Origin: the human T2T-CHM13v2.0 reference genome, Homo sapiens
Strand: one strand, 5' to 3'
DNA: 64,000 nucleotides
NCBI RefSeq assembly: GCF_009914755.1
Contig: NC_060928.1
Under the pieces are notes generated by a model. The model saw only the letters and a program-made list of their open reading frames with translations. It made no database searches and had not been told where the DNA came from. Shown here in pieces: positions 13,254 through 24,991 of the stretch (position 1 is its first letter; every line of letters starts with the position of its first letter). A program made the translations under genes and the position numbers.

Positions 13254-13546
13254 GGCTGGGCGCGGTGGCTCACTCCTGTAATCCCAGCACTTTGGGAGGC
13301 CAAGGCGGGTTTATCACTTGAGGTCAGGAGTTCGAGATCAGCTTTGCCAACATAAAGAAACCCCGTCTCTACTAGAAATACAAAAATTAGCCGGTCATGG
13401 TGGTGCACCCATGTAATCCCAGCTACTTGGGTGGCTGAGGCAGGAGGATCACTTGAACCTGGGAAGTGGAGGTTGCAGTAAGCCAAGATCAATGCACTCC
13501 AGCCTGGGCAACAGAGCAAGACTCAGTCTCAAAAAATAAAATAAAA
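13254..13546 (+). mobile_element. AluS full length
   Basis: Dimeric Alu with (TAAAA)n tail, TSD AAATCCCT. Confidence 0.95.
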
Positions 13547-14394
13547 TAAATCCCTAAATTATCTGCTTTCTCCAATTCCTAAAGACCAGTGAAGATTGAG
13601 AACCAGGCAGAGGGTGTGACTATGGGACCAGTATTTCTTTTCAAAGCCCTTAGCTAACATCAGCAAATTCAGTCCTGCTTCACTCCACAAATTCACCTCA
13701 GCTCAGCACTAGAGGACTGGGGCATTAACTTTCACTATTCAGATTATTTTACATGGACTAAGGTAATTTGTCATGGAATTCATAAGTTCTCCTTCTCAAC
13801 TGCAAAGTCCAGTTTCTATTCTTTGGTTTCCTCCCATAGTGACTCATTCAGTACAGGATATAACTTGAGCCAAAAATGACATCAAAACTTTGGACAGGGG
13901 ACACTGCCCCTGCCCCAACCCCAAATAGAAACTACAGTTTTTCATCCTAGAAAGCACCTTTCTCTCAGAAAAGGGTGAAATTAATAGTTGAAAGCCAAAA
14001 CTACCCCTAGAGGCAAAGAGGTATTTTTGGTTTGTTTTGAATAATTGAGAAAGGGCTTAAGGCAAAGCTATTAAGATAAATTTTATTTTTTTACTCATCC
14101 AATACCTGAAGGTTTCTTTGTAGAGGCAAAGAATGGTAAGATATATTTGCACCAGAAAACATCACAACTATAGTAATTTCAGAATTTCACAGATAGGTGA
14201 AATGGTGACTAGGAATAAAATAATTGGGCAATAGAGATAGAGTTTGATAGACCCGTGTAATGAAGGCAGAAACTTTTAACTTTAAAAGTTAAACTTCAAG
14301 TAATCAGATGTAAAAAACTAAAAACTTTGCCATTATACCAGTTCTTACATGCACATCATAACTGTATTACATAGTGAAGAAAACAAGCACATGG

Positions 14395-14870
14395 TGACAA
14401 GCCTAGTGGTTAAGGGCACAGAACTGGAGCCTGGTGGTAACAGTACACATCTCCCATCCACCTCTCACTAGCTTTGTAACTCGACAAGTTACTTAACCTT
14501 TCTATACCTCAAAGTTCCCATGGTAAATGAAGATAATAACAACACTTACCCTATCTGGCTCTTGTGAGAATAGAATTACACCACATAGTTAACAAGTACT
14601 AGTTGATTTGGACTGTGAGATGGAAAACATTTTTCAGTGAAATCCATTTAATTTGTTTTACAAATATCATAAAAAGCAAAATTTATTTTTATAATTTAAA
14701 CATCAGTTTGCACTGGAGTCATGAATGCTGAATCCTAGTTGAGGGTCTTCTACCTCCAGGTGAACCATATGGGCAAACCATTTTCTTTTCTAGGCTTCAG
14801 TGGTGTCATGAGGGAGTGTATTAAATAAAGCCTCATACTCCTTTGCTGCTTTCAAATTCCTATGATCTAT
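14395..14870 (+). mobile_element. MIR fragments
   Basis: GCCTAGTGGTTAAGGGCACAGAACTGGAGCC...CAAGTTACTTAACCTTTCT. Confidence 0.7.
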
Positions 14871-15403
14871 AGAGCTGGGAGAAAAAGAATTTTAATACTG
14901 CTGCTTACAAAATATTTTCACAGTAGGAACTAAAATAGTGGAACATTTCAACATATTTATGTAACAGCCAAATTAAACAAAAGGCAAGTAGAATTCCCCA
15001 GTGGAAGAGCTACAGAAGTAAAAACAGATCAAAACACAGAGTTTTCAGAATGTATGCAATACTAAAGTTTCAGTGAACCAGTCAATGAATGGGAGAAAAG
15101 ACCTGAAAAACTAACCCTGGTGTTGGGAAGAGTAAAAGGAATAAGAGCTTTTTTGTGTTGTTTTGTTTTGTTTCTCTGTGTTTCTCTTCTTTATAGTCTA
15201 AAATGTATTCTACTGAAATAGTTACATCCTTTTACCTCATAATCTAATTTAACTAGCATGTTTTAACTTATCATTTTGTTTAACTACTCGAAGCTGGTGG
15301 GGTTTTTGAATAACTTTATTACATCCTGCCACTGGTTGACATCCCAATCCCATTCCACCCCAATATATACTGAAAAAAAGTAAACAATTATTGTAGCATC
15401 ACA

Positions 15404-15686
15404 TTCAGATGGAATCTCACTCTAACCCAGGCTGGAGTGCAGTGGCATGATCTCGGCTTACTGCAATCTCCACCTCCCAGGTTCAAGAGATTCTCCCACC
15501 TCAGCCTCCTGAGTAGCTAGGACTGCAAGTGCACACCACCATGCCCAGCTAATTTTTATATTTTTAGTAGAGATGGGGGGGTTCGCCATATTGGCCATGC
15601 TGGTCTCAAACTCCCTCCCTCAAGTGATCCTCCTGCCTCGGCCTCCCACACTATGGGATTACAGGCATGAGCCACCACGCTTGGCC
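15404..15686 (-). mobile_element. Alu (J/S)
   Basis: Antisense Alu CCCAGGCTGGAGTGCAGTGG...GAGCCACCACGCTTGGCC; poly-T tail absent. Confidence 0.9.
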
Positions 15687-16912
15687 ACATCGCTTATATT
15701 TTAAGACATATTGGTACACTAATGCAAGTAGCATGTTGGTTTCAGGCCGTTTTTCATTCATGAAAATATTAGTTTTATATTTAATACATTTTAAACATTA
15801 GGAAAAAAAAAGAGGAGGAAAGATATAATTCTAGAGCTTTAAAATGCTGCATCTCAAAGTTATACCTGACCTAATTATTTGGTTTGGTGAAGGTTGAGAC
15901 ACCGTAGAAGGAGCACTTAATAATTTGGGGGGAGTAGGAGACTTTTGGAAACACTACAGCTCTGCTTACTCCAATTCCTGATGAATGCTGCGTGTGTGTG
16001 TGTGTACAGATGTGGCATTTGCCTGAGTCATAGGAGTTGTCAAGATTCTCAGTCACAGCCTTAGACTTCAGTAACTGATGTGGAAGTGACTTACTCTTCA
16101 GACATATAAGGAAATAAAAGGTAACCAGTTATAACAGCCTAACATGTAGGAAGGGATTAACCACTTTTAAAAGTCATTTCACAAACATCATCAAATGCTA
16201 CTTACAAATTTATGAGATTAATGCTTCTTATTGCTCATAAAGGATGATTTTCCTCTCACTGTTCATCTTATATCTGGCAAAGTCAGAACCTCAAACTAGA
16301 TCTGTCGACTTACGATGTAAAAAATACTCTTTCAGAGATAATGTGTTGTTCTTAAAATATGTGGATGAGTATGAGGAAGAATGCATGATTAGATGAAATA
16401 GTCCTTACCCTTGGGCTCCATAAATGGGCTGAGATGGCTGAAAATGTCGTGTCTCACAAGGAATGTAGTGTCCTCCTCCTATTGAAGTCATTTCCACCTT
16501 TCCACCCAGACCCCAGCCCTATCAAGCTACCTCTTTTCCCTTTACTGCCATAGCCACAGGTACAGCTTCTTCCAAACATTTCTCACAATGTTGACTCAAC
16601 TGCTCTCTACACTCCCTCTTTTTTAACTACTAGGTCCTATTGAAAGGAGCACAGATTTTAGGGGTCAGATACCTATTTTCAAATTCTGAATCTGACATTT
16701 ACAAGTCTGTGATCTTGATGAAGGAGCTTTCACATCTCTGAGCTCTACCTTTCTCATCTGGAAAATGGTGCTGGGGAAGTGGAATAACTGAAGGACTTTT
16801 AATTATGAAAGCCCGAGAGGTCTGTCTGGTAACTATTACTGTCATATTTATGAGATTAATGGTAATTTTGATTCCTCTATATCTTTATCTGAATTTCAAC
16901 AATACATAACCT

Positions 16913-17370
16913 TGAGATCAGAGACTGGCAGAACTTATTTTCTGGTTCGAATAGGATGAAATAAAGAAACCATCCAGAACCAGCAAATGGCACCAAATGC
17001 AACCTCTGGTTGCCCTTGCTGCTAATCAGCATAAGACAGTCCCACCAGTGCCATGATAGTTTACAAATGCCATAGCAACACCCAGAAGTTGCCATGTCTT
17101 TTCTAGAGATTTCTGAATAACCCACCCCTTAATTTGCATGTAATTAAAAGTGGGTACAAATACAGCTAGTCAACAGCCTGTAACTTCCTACTCTGGGTGC
17201 ACTGCCTATGAGTTATCCATGCTCTACAAAGAGCAGCTACTCTTCTGTACACTGCCGCTTTAATAAACCTGCTTTTTCCCACCATCAGCTTGCTCTTGAA
17301 TTATTTCCTGAGTGAAGCCATGAATACTCCCTGGATGAGCCCAAATTTTGAAGCTCACCTGCCCTGTATC
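16913..17370 (+). mobile_element. 5' LTR, MER66-like
   Basis: CAGCATAAGACAGTCCCACCAGTGCCATGATAGTTTACAAATGCC, CCCTTAATTTGCATGTAATT, AATAAA. Confidence 0.85.
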
Positions 17371-17373
17371 TTC

Positions 17374-17391
17374 TGGTGCCCAGCATGTGGC
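17374..17391 (+). other. Retroviral primer-binding site, tRNA-Lys(CTT)-like
   Basis: TGGTGCCCAGCATGTGGC immediately after the LTR; 14/18 to TGGCGCCCAACGTGGGGC, two differences being CpG decay. Confidence 0.6.
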
Positions 17392-18736
17392 TCGAGAAGA
17401 TGGCAAGAGTTGGTAAGATGGTGAGATGGCAAATAGAAGGTTAGAAGATGGTAAAGCGAGGTGGCAAGGCAGTGAGATGGTGACTGATGATACAGTCGAG
17501 AGAGACAGTGAGGTGACAATCCAAGGTGCAGAGCTGTAGCACAGAGACTGTAACACCAAATACCTACTAACACTGAAGAGCTGTAAAACCAGTCAAAGGC
17601 TGTTTTCAGAGCCATCATCTTTCTTGTCAGGTGACAGCAGCAGATTGAGCTGATGGGCAAGGGGCTGACACCTCACTGGGATCAACTGTGGTCGGCAAGT
17701 TGATGGTCTGCACATTGGTCTCCTTGCAGCAGTCAAACCCTCCCAAGCTTGGGAACCTAGGGGAGACCTTCACCAGGGGCCCAAGTTAGAGACCAGTCAG
17801 CATCATTTTGGCTTCTGCAGATGGGTAAATGTTCCCTCTGCCCCTTCTTTGACATCTGGTGAATCAGGAAATGAAGTCTCTGGTTAGATGGTCAATTCAA
17901 AATCCCCCATAGTTTGGGTGCCCTAGACAGAAGTACATCTGACCAACTATATCATCATTGCCCCTTCTCTAGGTCCTTTTTACTCTAATGCCATTTTATT
18001 TTTCCATGGGTCCTTTTTATTTTCCTCCCTGCAATGTACGTTTCATTTACAGTTTTTGCTTTTACTCCCTGCCAACTTTATTTGAGCAATTGTGTAAGGC
18101 AGGATACTTGGTTGTGAGAGGTCCCCTGTTGTGAGGGGACCCTGAGACATCAGAGTCACATTGTTCTTTGGCCCCAACGTGGTCTTTGGGGTTCACTCTT
18201 GAGCACCCCTTAGATGCTCTGGGGATTTTGGCCTATGGTGAGGGGACCCTCACTGGCCAATACCCAGGTGCTGCAGGTTTTTCAGCATTTGGTCCTGTTG
18301 GCTACCCTCAGATGCTCTGGCGTTTTCAGCATTGGCATGTCCTTCTAAGATTGCAGATTAGAGTCCTACCCGAGGGGGTTCATTTATTCCTTAGTTTCCC
18401 TTCTACGAGTGTGGTGGGTTAGAGTCCCTCTCTAGGGGGTTCTTAATCCTGTCACTCTATTTTTACCTTTCCTTTTATACTTGGCTTAGTAAAAGAAAAG
18501 CCACCTCTTTTGTCATATTCTGTTTGCTGGTGAATGCAGTTATCACTCCACTGCCCACTCATATCTCATCATTTACTTTTGTTGTACCCTGTACCTATGC
18601 CCTCTTTGCAGGAATTGGCAGCAACTGTGTACTGACTATTCTTGAGAAAAAGTAGGTGGGAATGCAAAAGAGAAAATAACGGAGATTTCGCTAGACTTAG
18701 ATAAACCTCTGTGTCTGGTAGAGAACCTTGTTAGAC

Positions 18737-19250
18737 ATGTGGACAATGGTAAGCATCCAGAAGGACTCACTGCTGGGGTGCCTTTTTGGCAATTAAATCA
18801 AATTCAAATTAGAAGGCTTAAAAAAAAGAAACTCATTTCTACTGCAACATTGCTCAGGTCTAGTACAAATTGGAAAACAAAATATTTGGCCTAGAAATGG
18901 TTCTTTGTTATAAAACTATTTTTACAATTAGATTTATTCTGTAGAAAAGAAACAAAATAGGGAGAGGTTGCTTAAGTAAAGGCCTTTATGGTCCTTTACC
19001 AGGATCCTGACTTAAGCGGTGGTTGTAGAATGTTTCTGGCTCATGTTACTTCCAGGCACGAAGCAGCTATGCCAGTTTTGCTGGATAACCCCCTCTTAGC
19101 TGTTCCTCCTAGAAAGGCCATTCCCCTTCCCACAGAGTGTCCTCCGTCCCATGATTCTGAAGAGAGATCCTGCCAGTTCTCCAGCTCAGGGTTCCACCCC
19201 AAGGTCATGAGACACCCCTCCCTGTTATCCAATTAGCCCCAGCCTACACT
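18737..19250 (+). pseudogene. Gammaretrovirus-like gag remnant (matrix and proline-rich region)
   Basis: Peptides DSLLGCL, WPRNGS, LQLDLFCRKE, VKAFMVLYQDP across stops and frameshifts. Confidence 0.85.
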
Positions 19251-21309
19251 CCCTACTATTGCCTTGCTCAAGTCCATCTGTCTGGAGGTCCCAGACCCCT
19301 GACTTGATGGACAACTCCCTGAAGCAGCAGACACTCAGCATCAGAAAGTAGCCACCTGAACACTTTCTTCAGTTTCTCCACTGCTGGTTAAGTTCTCCAG
19401 CAGCTCAAGGACTCCAAGGGCACCCCTAGAACAATCCTATCAACCCCTTCCCTCTCTCCCCTTATTAAAAAGGAGAAAAGAGGTTTTTAAAATCAAAACT
19501 GTAATAAAAACTACTTTACCCAAGTTCTATTCTATAGCTTCCCTTGGCTTACCTATCAGGGAAAACGAAGTTTAGCCACATGGACAGGTCTCAATCTTTG
19601 AAGAAATAATTGAATCCAGCTATATTTTATAAAGTGGTGAATTTTATATTGCTATCTTATGACTAGAATTCTGAGGTAAAAGCAAATGGGTAAGTGTTCC
19701 GTCTTTCTGTGTGTATACACATATTTAGATATGTTTATGTATGTGCATGTGTTATGTGTTGTGTCTAGCATGCTATCAAATTAGCGCAAATGAATATTCA
19801 TAAATTAAGTCCAAATGCTTTTCAAAGTCATGTGAATCTTTGGTAAATAAAACTGGGTTTAAAATTATGGATAAAAATAGAAATGTCTTCCGAATTTTCA
19901 AATTTTGATAAATAAGACTAATTTAAGATTGTTGGTTCAATAAAAACACCTGAATCTTTGGGGTTATCAGCAAAATGTTCATGTATTCAACTGTAAGATT
20001 CTTATTAGGTGTTCACCTAATGTTCAGACTTTAAAAATGTTTAATCAGGAAGTAACTTTGAATGATGACTAGATTTGCCTAGTAGCACAACTTTTATAAG
20101 TAATCTTGCTAAACTATTAAAAAGAAATAAATTAGGTAAGTGTAATGAGATAAATGCTTGTAAGTGAACTTTTTGTATAGCTTAAAATCTTAAAATTATT
20201 TTGGATGTTTACTGGACGTATGGGTCATTTCCAATTAAGAAAGAGTTATTATAATATATGGGAAGATAAGTTTCTAAAAATTATGAAATTGTTCTCATCT
20301 TTAAAATGCTAACATCTGGTAAAGAGTTCAGGATTTCTTGCTTCGTAGGTTTATATAATATGTGCCAAAGAATATGCCTTTTTATCGAGAAAAAGAATAA
20401 CTTTGTCTAATTCAAAAGCTATGTAAAGGTTAATTCAAATTATCAACTTGAAAAGGTTATTTATGAAATGAGATAGAAAGGAACTGATAAGGAGGGAGAA
20501 ATGTAAATAAAGTTATAGATATACATATGTATTTTTGGTAAGGAAGGATATTAACAAAAAGACTAATTTTATACAAGACAGGGTCTTGTATGCTGAATTC
20601 TTGTCCTAGAGAACAACTGGTTATTTAAGAAAGAGATAGTACAGGACAAGTCGGAAAGTACAAGCATGTGATAGTCTGTGTAAGTCATGATAAAGTTTGT
20701 AAAAGAAAATTCATGAAGGAATTTTGTGTGTAATTAAGTGGCTGTCATTAGAAGGGAATTGTTTATAATTGTCTTTCTAGAGAATAGTCGCCCATGTTAA
20801 AGCAAGATCTTCTTAAGATATTGATTTGCTCTTAATAAAATTACAAGAAATTTTTATTTTAATTCCATAACCTGTTCCTTTTAAAACTTCTCAGATTCAT
20901 ATCTCATATTCAACTATTGTTGTGCCTTGCTGCTTTCAATTCTTTCTCCCTTTGAGAAGGCCTAATACGATAATGCTCCAGCTTTTTCATAGCTCCTGTG
21001 ACCTTTTCTCCTCTGGTTTTAACTCTTCATATTGACTGATGCTGAAATATTTTATCTTAGAGGTCTATAAAAGCAATGTTTTCCTCCAGGATAACTTGAT
21101 TTTATACTCTTTGCTGTTCTTGAAACTTTATATTTGACCTTTGTTTTTTAATTCTTAGATTGCTTAAAAAAAGTTTTAAGGGCTAATGAGTGTTGAGCAA
21201 CCTCCATTCTCACCTGGACTAAAATGTTTAATTGGCTATCGAAATCTGAAAAACTAATTCAGGTCATGATGGGAAACAGGGGCCGGACATGCCTCACTAT
21301 GCCCGCTAT

Positions 21310-21565
21310 TTGGAATTTAGGTCACGTTCAAAAGGCCCTTCAAGAATATGGAAATAAAGCACTGCCCTTTCCAAAAAGGGAAATAATTAACTCCCCCATT
21401 CAACCAAGAGACTTAGTCTTACTGAAAATTTGGAAAGAAGGATCCCCCAAGGATGAATTTCAACCAAAATGGAAGGGCCCCTATCAGGTGTTGTTAAGTA
21501 TCCCCACTGCCATTAAGCTTCAGGGAATCACCAGCTGAGTACACCTATCCAGGATTAAACCTGTT
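21310..21565 (+). pseudogene. pol integrase C-terminal (GPY/F) remnant
   Basis: PIQPRDLVLLKIWKEGSPKDEFQPKWKGPYQVLLSIPTAIKLQGITS*VHLSRIK. Confidence 0.9.
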
Positions 21566-21640
21566 TCTTATGAGCCCCCCAGGTTTCAGATACAAACAAT
21601 GTTACCTACACTTGTGAGTCTCTGAAGGCCACCCACGACA

Positions 21641-22243
<603 letters not shown>

Positions 22244-22762
22244 TTTTATTATGATTATTATTATGATTATTTCAATAGCTTTGGGGATACATGTGTTTTT
22301 TGTTACATGGATGAATTAAATAGCAGTGAATTCTGAGATTTTAGGGCACCCATCACCTGAGTAGTATACAGTATGCCTGTGTAGTTTTTTAATCTCTAGC
22401 ACCTCTTCTACTCTCCCCCTTCTGAGTATTATATTAATACCACTCTGTATGTCTTTGGGTACTCATAGTTTAGCTCTCACTTATCAGTGAGAACATATAT
22501 TTTTTGGTTTTCCACTCCTGTGTTACTTCACTTAGAATAATGGCCTTCAGCTCCATCCAACATGCTGTAGAAGACATTATTTTGTTCCTTTTAATGGCTG
22601 AGTAGTAAGTAGTCCATGGTTGTGTATGTACCATATTTTCTTTAGCCACTCATTAGTTGGTGGCACTTAGGTTGGTTCCACATCTTTGTAACTGTGTATT
22701 GTGTTGTGATAAGCATATATGTGCAAGTATCTTTTTCATATAACAACCTCTTCTCCTTTGGT
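22244..22762 (-). mobile_element. L1PB 3' end, 5'-truncated
   Basis: TTTCAATAGCTTTGGGG...GTTACATGGATGAATT...GTGAATTCTGAGATTTTAG. Confidence 0.9.
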
Positions 22763-22773
22763 CCATTACCTTT

Positions 22774-24530
22774 GTAAAAGGACCAACGCTCAATTTGGTA
22801 CAGAGATGTGGTGCTGTGGTAAGAATAGGAGTATCAATTTTTCTCTTCTTCTTGATCATAATACTCTTTCTCTACCGCTTTGAACAACTGCTTCCTCCTA
22901 GGAAACACATCTTTTGTCCTTGTTGGGTGTAGAGGCCACTCTAAGGTCCAGCCAGACATCATGCTGCCTCTGATAATCCTGTTTGCTCCCCCAGTTAACC
23001 TAATTCAGTGTGGGTGGGAGAAAACTCTATAGTAAATATTTCAAAAAAGTATAGCATCAAGGAATCATCTTCTTGGTTGCCGACTCTGTCATCAACATCC
23101 CCAGGATAGAGAGTTCCACGTCCTGGCACATCTGGAAAATCTCACGACCATGTCTCTGGACCTCGTAATTAACCACCATGATCCCTTAGTACACAGAACC
23201 CTACTTGTTAGGTGGAATTCTCCCCCACTTAACAGATTCTACCTAACTTCCTCCACCACTGTTATCTGGACCTGGGAGATTGGGTACTAGTACCTCCAGT
23301 GATCTAATGACACTATCTTTTGCATCCATTGCTGTGTTAATGACACAAGAGTGGAAGTTTCCCCACAATGCTCTGTTCCAACCCTAGTTTCCAAGTCCCA
23401 AGGCTGCACTAAAATAAATGGGATCCAACTTCTAAGTAAGGAAGACGTACATGATGCCATGTCCAAGGCCAATACATGCAAAGAAAAAGCAACTGCCTGA
23501 TTTAGGAAGACGGAAGTATCCCCCCTTCTGGAAAATAGGAGCTGTCTGACCACTGCCATTGGAATTTGGGGAAAATACCTCTATAGATCCACCTTGGCAG
23601 CAGAGAACAGACGTTACACCACATATGGCCTCTATTTGTGCCTTAACTGGGCTCACTTTTGTCTGTGGTTGATTGGAAAGAAATCCGACCCTGCAACTAA
23701 CTACTCCTGACTCCCTGGAGAGCTACCTATTCTTTTAGGAGTAGTTTTCTTTTGTATATCAAAAACTTGTACATAAAAACAAAATATTTTGTATATCAAA
23801 ACAAAAATGTATGTTGGTCACCATTGCTCCTCTGAGGGTCACTGTCTATAACCCCATAAGGCCCAATAATACCAAAAATAAACAAACAATAGCATTATTT
23901 CTAATGGGAAGCAGGGCAGCAATAGGACTAGTGGCTTTGCCTACCTGAGACAACCCTAAGGAATTAGACTCAAACCCCAGAATCATTGGCCACCAACACA
24001 GGTCGGGCACTGAAGAGAATTCAAGAGTCCCTAGACCTTTGGCAAATGTAATCCTTTGCCAAAGGATTACAACACTATTACAAATGTAATAGTGTTGCAT
24101 TATTTACTAGTTGAACAATAGTCTATGTCATTATTACCTGCTGTGGATATATTAATAACTCTGGACAAGTTGAGTTTAACATTCAAAAATTATATGAACA
24201 AGTTACATGGCTATATAGATACAACCAGGGTACTGACTCCACCTATATCCAGTCAACTATCAAAAGTGCCCTATCAAATCTCACCTGGTTTTTACCTTTC
24301 AGACAACCTTTAATAGCTATCTTGTTACTACTAATTTTTGGCCCTTGCTTATTACCTCTTAGTAAAGTTTGTGTCTTCCAGATTACAACAATTCCATTTA
24401 AAGACAATGTTGTCACAAGGCTTCCAATTCATCCTGCTTTCTGACCCAGGAAACAGATATACTGCCTTTGGCCTCCTTACATCAGATAACCAGAGTTTCT
24501 ACTCCTCCAATGTTAGCAAGTGCCTACACT
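22774..24530 (+). pseudogene. env remnant (SU/TM) of gamma-type ERV
   Basis: From 24136: TCCGYINNSGQVEFNIQKLYEQVTWL...WFLPFRQPLIAILLLLIFGPCLL, then LVKFVSSRLQQF after a frameshift; fusion-peptide-like ALFLMGSRAAIGLVA near 23890. Confidence 0.9.
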
Positions 24531-24628
24531 CATAAGATCAGCAGGAAGCAGTTACAGAAGATGGACCTCCACTCTTCTACAATCCCTTTAACATTAAGGA
24601 GTAGTATATAATCTCTAATGGGAAAAAA

Positions 24629-24991
24629 TAAGGTAGGAGACCAGCAGGATTTATGTTCTGATCCTGACCAGATGAAATCAAGAAACTGGCTGGAACCAGC
24701 CAATGGTGTCAAAGGCTGTCTCTAGCTGCCTTTGATGCTTATCAGCATAGGACACCCCTACCAGCATCACGACAGTTTACAAGTGTCATGGCAACATCCA
24801 TAAATAACCACTCCTTTCTCTAGATATTTCTGAATAGCCCAACCCTTAATTTGCATGTAATTAATAGTGGATCTAAATGCAGCTAATGAACAGCCCATAC
24901 CCTGCTGCTCTGAGTGCACTGCCTATGGGTTGGCATTCCTCCACAAGGAGCAGCCACTCTGCCATACATGGCCACCTCAATAAACCTGCTT
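24629..24991 (+). mobile_element. 3' LTR (U3/R part), MER66-like; the U5 part resumes at about 29805-29888
   Basis: Colinear with the 5' LTR, preceded by purine tract GGGAAAAAA; cut just after AATAAACCTGCTT by L1. Confidence 0.85.

Noticed and set aside
17395-18440. Short degenerate repeats (AGATGG-type; CCCC-AGATGCTCTGG-type)
   Set aside because: Lie in the proviral leader, where such repeats are expected; no independent function evident
21224-21538. 104-aa integrase-like ORF as a functional CDS
   Set aside because: Only the C-terminal GPY/F part; catalytic core absent and a stop interrupts the conserved end
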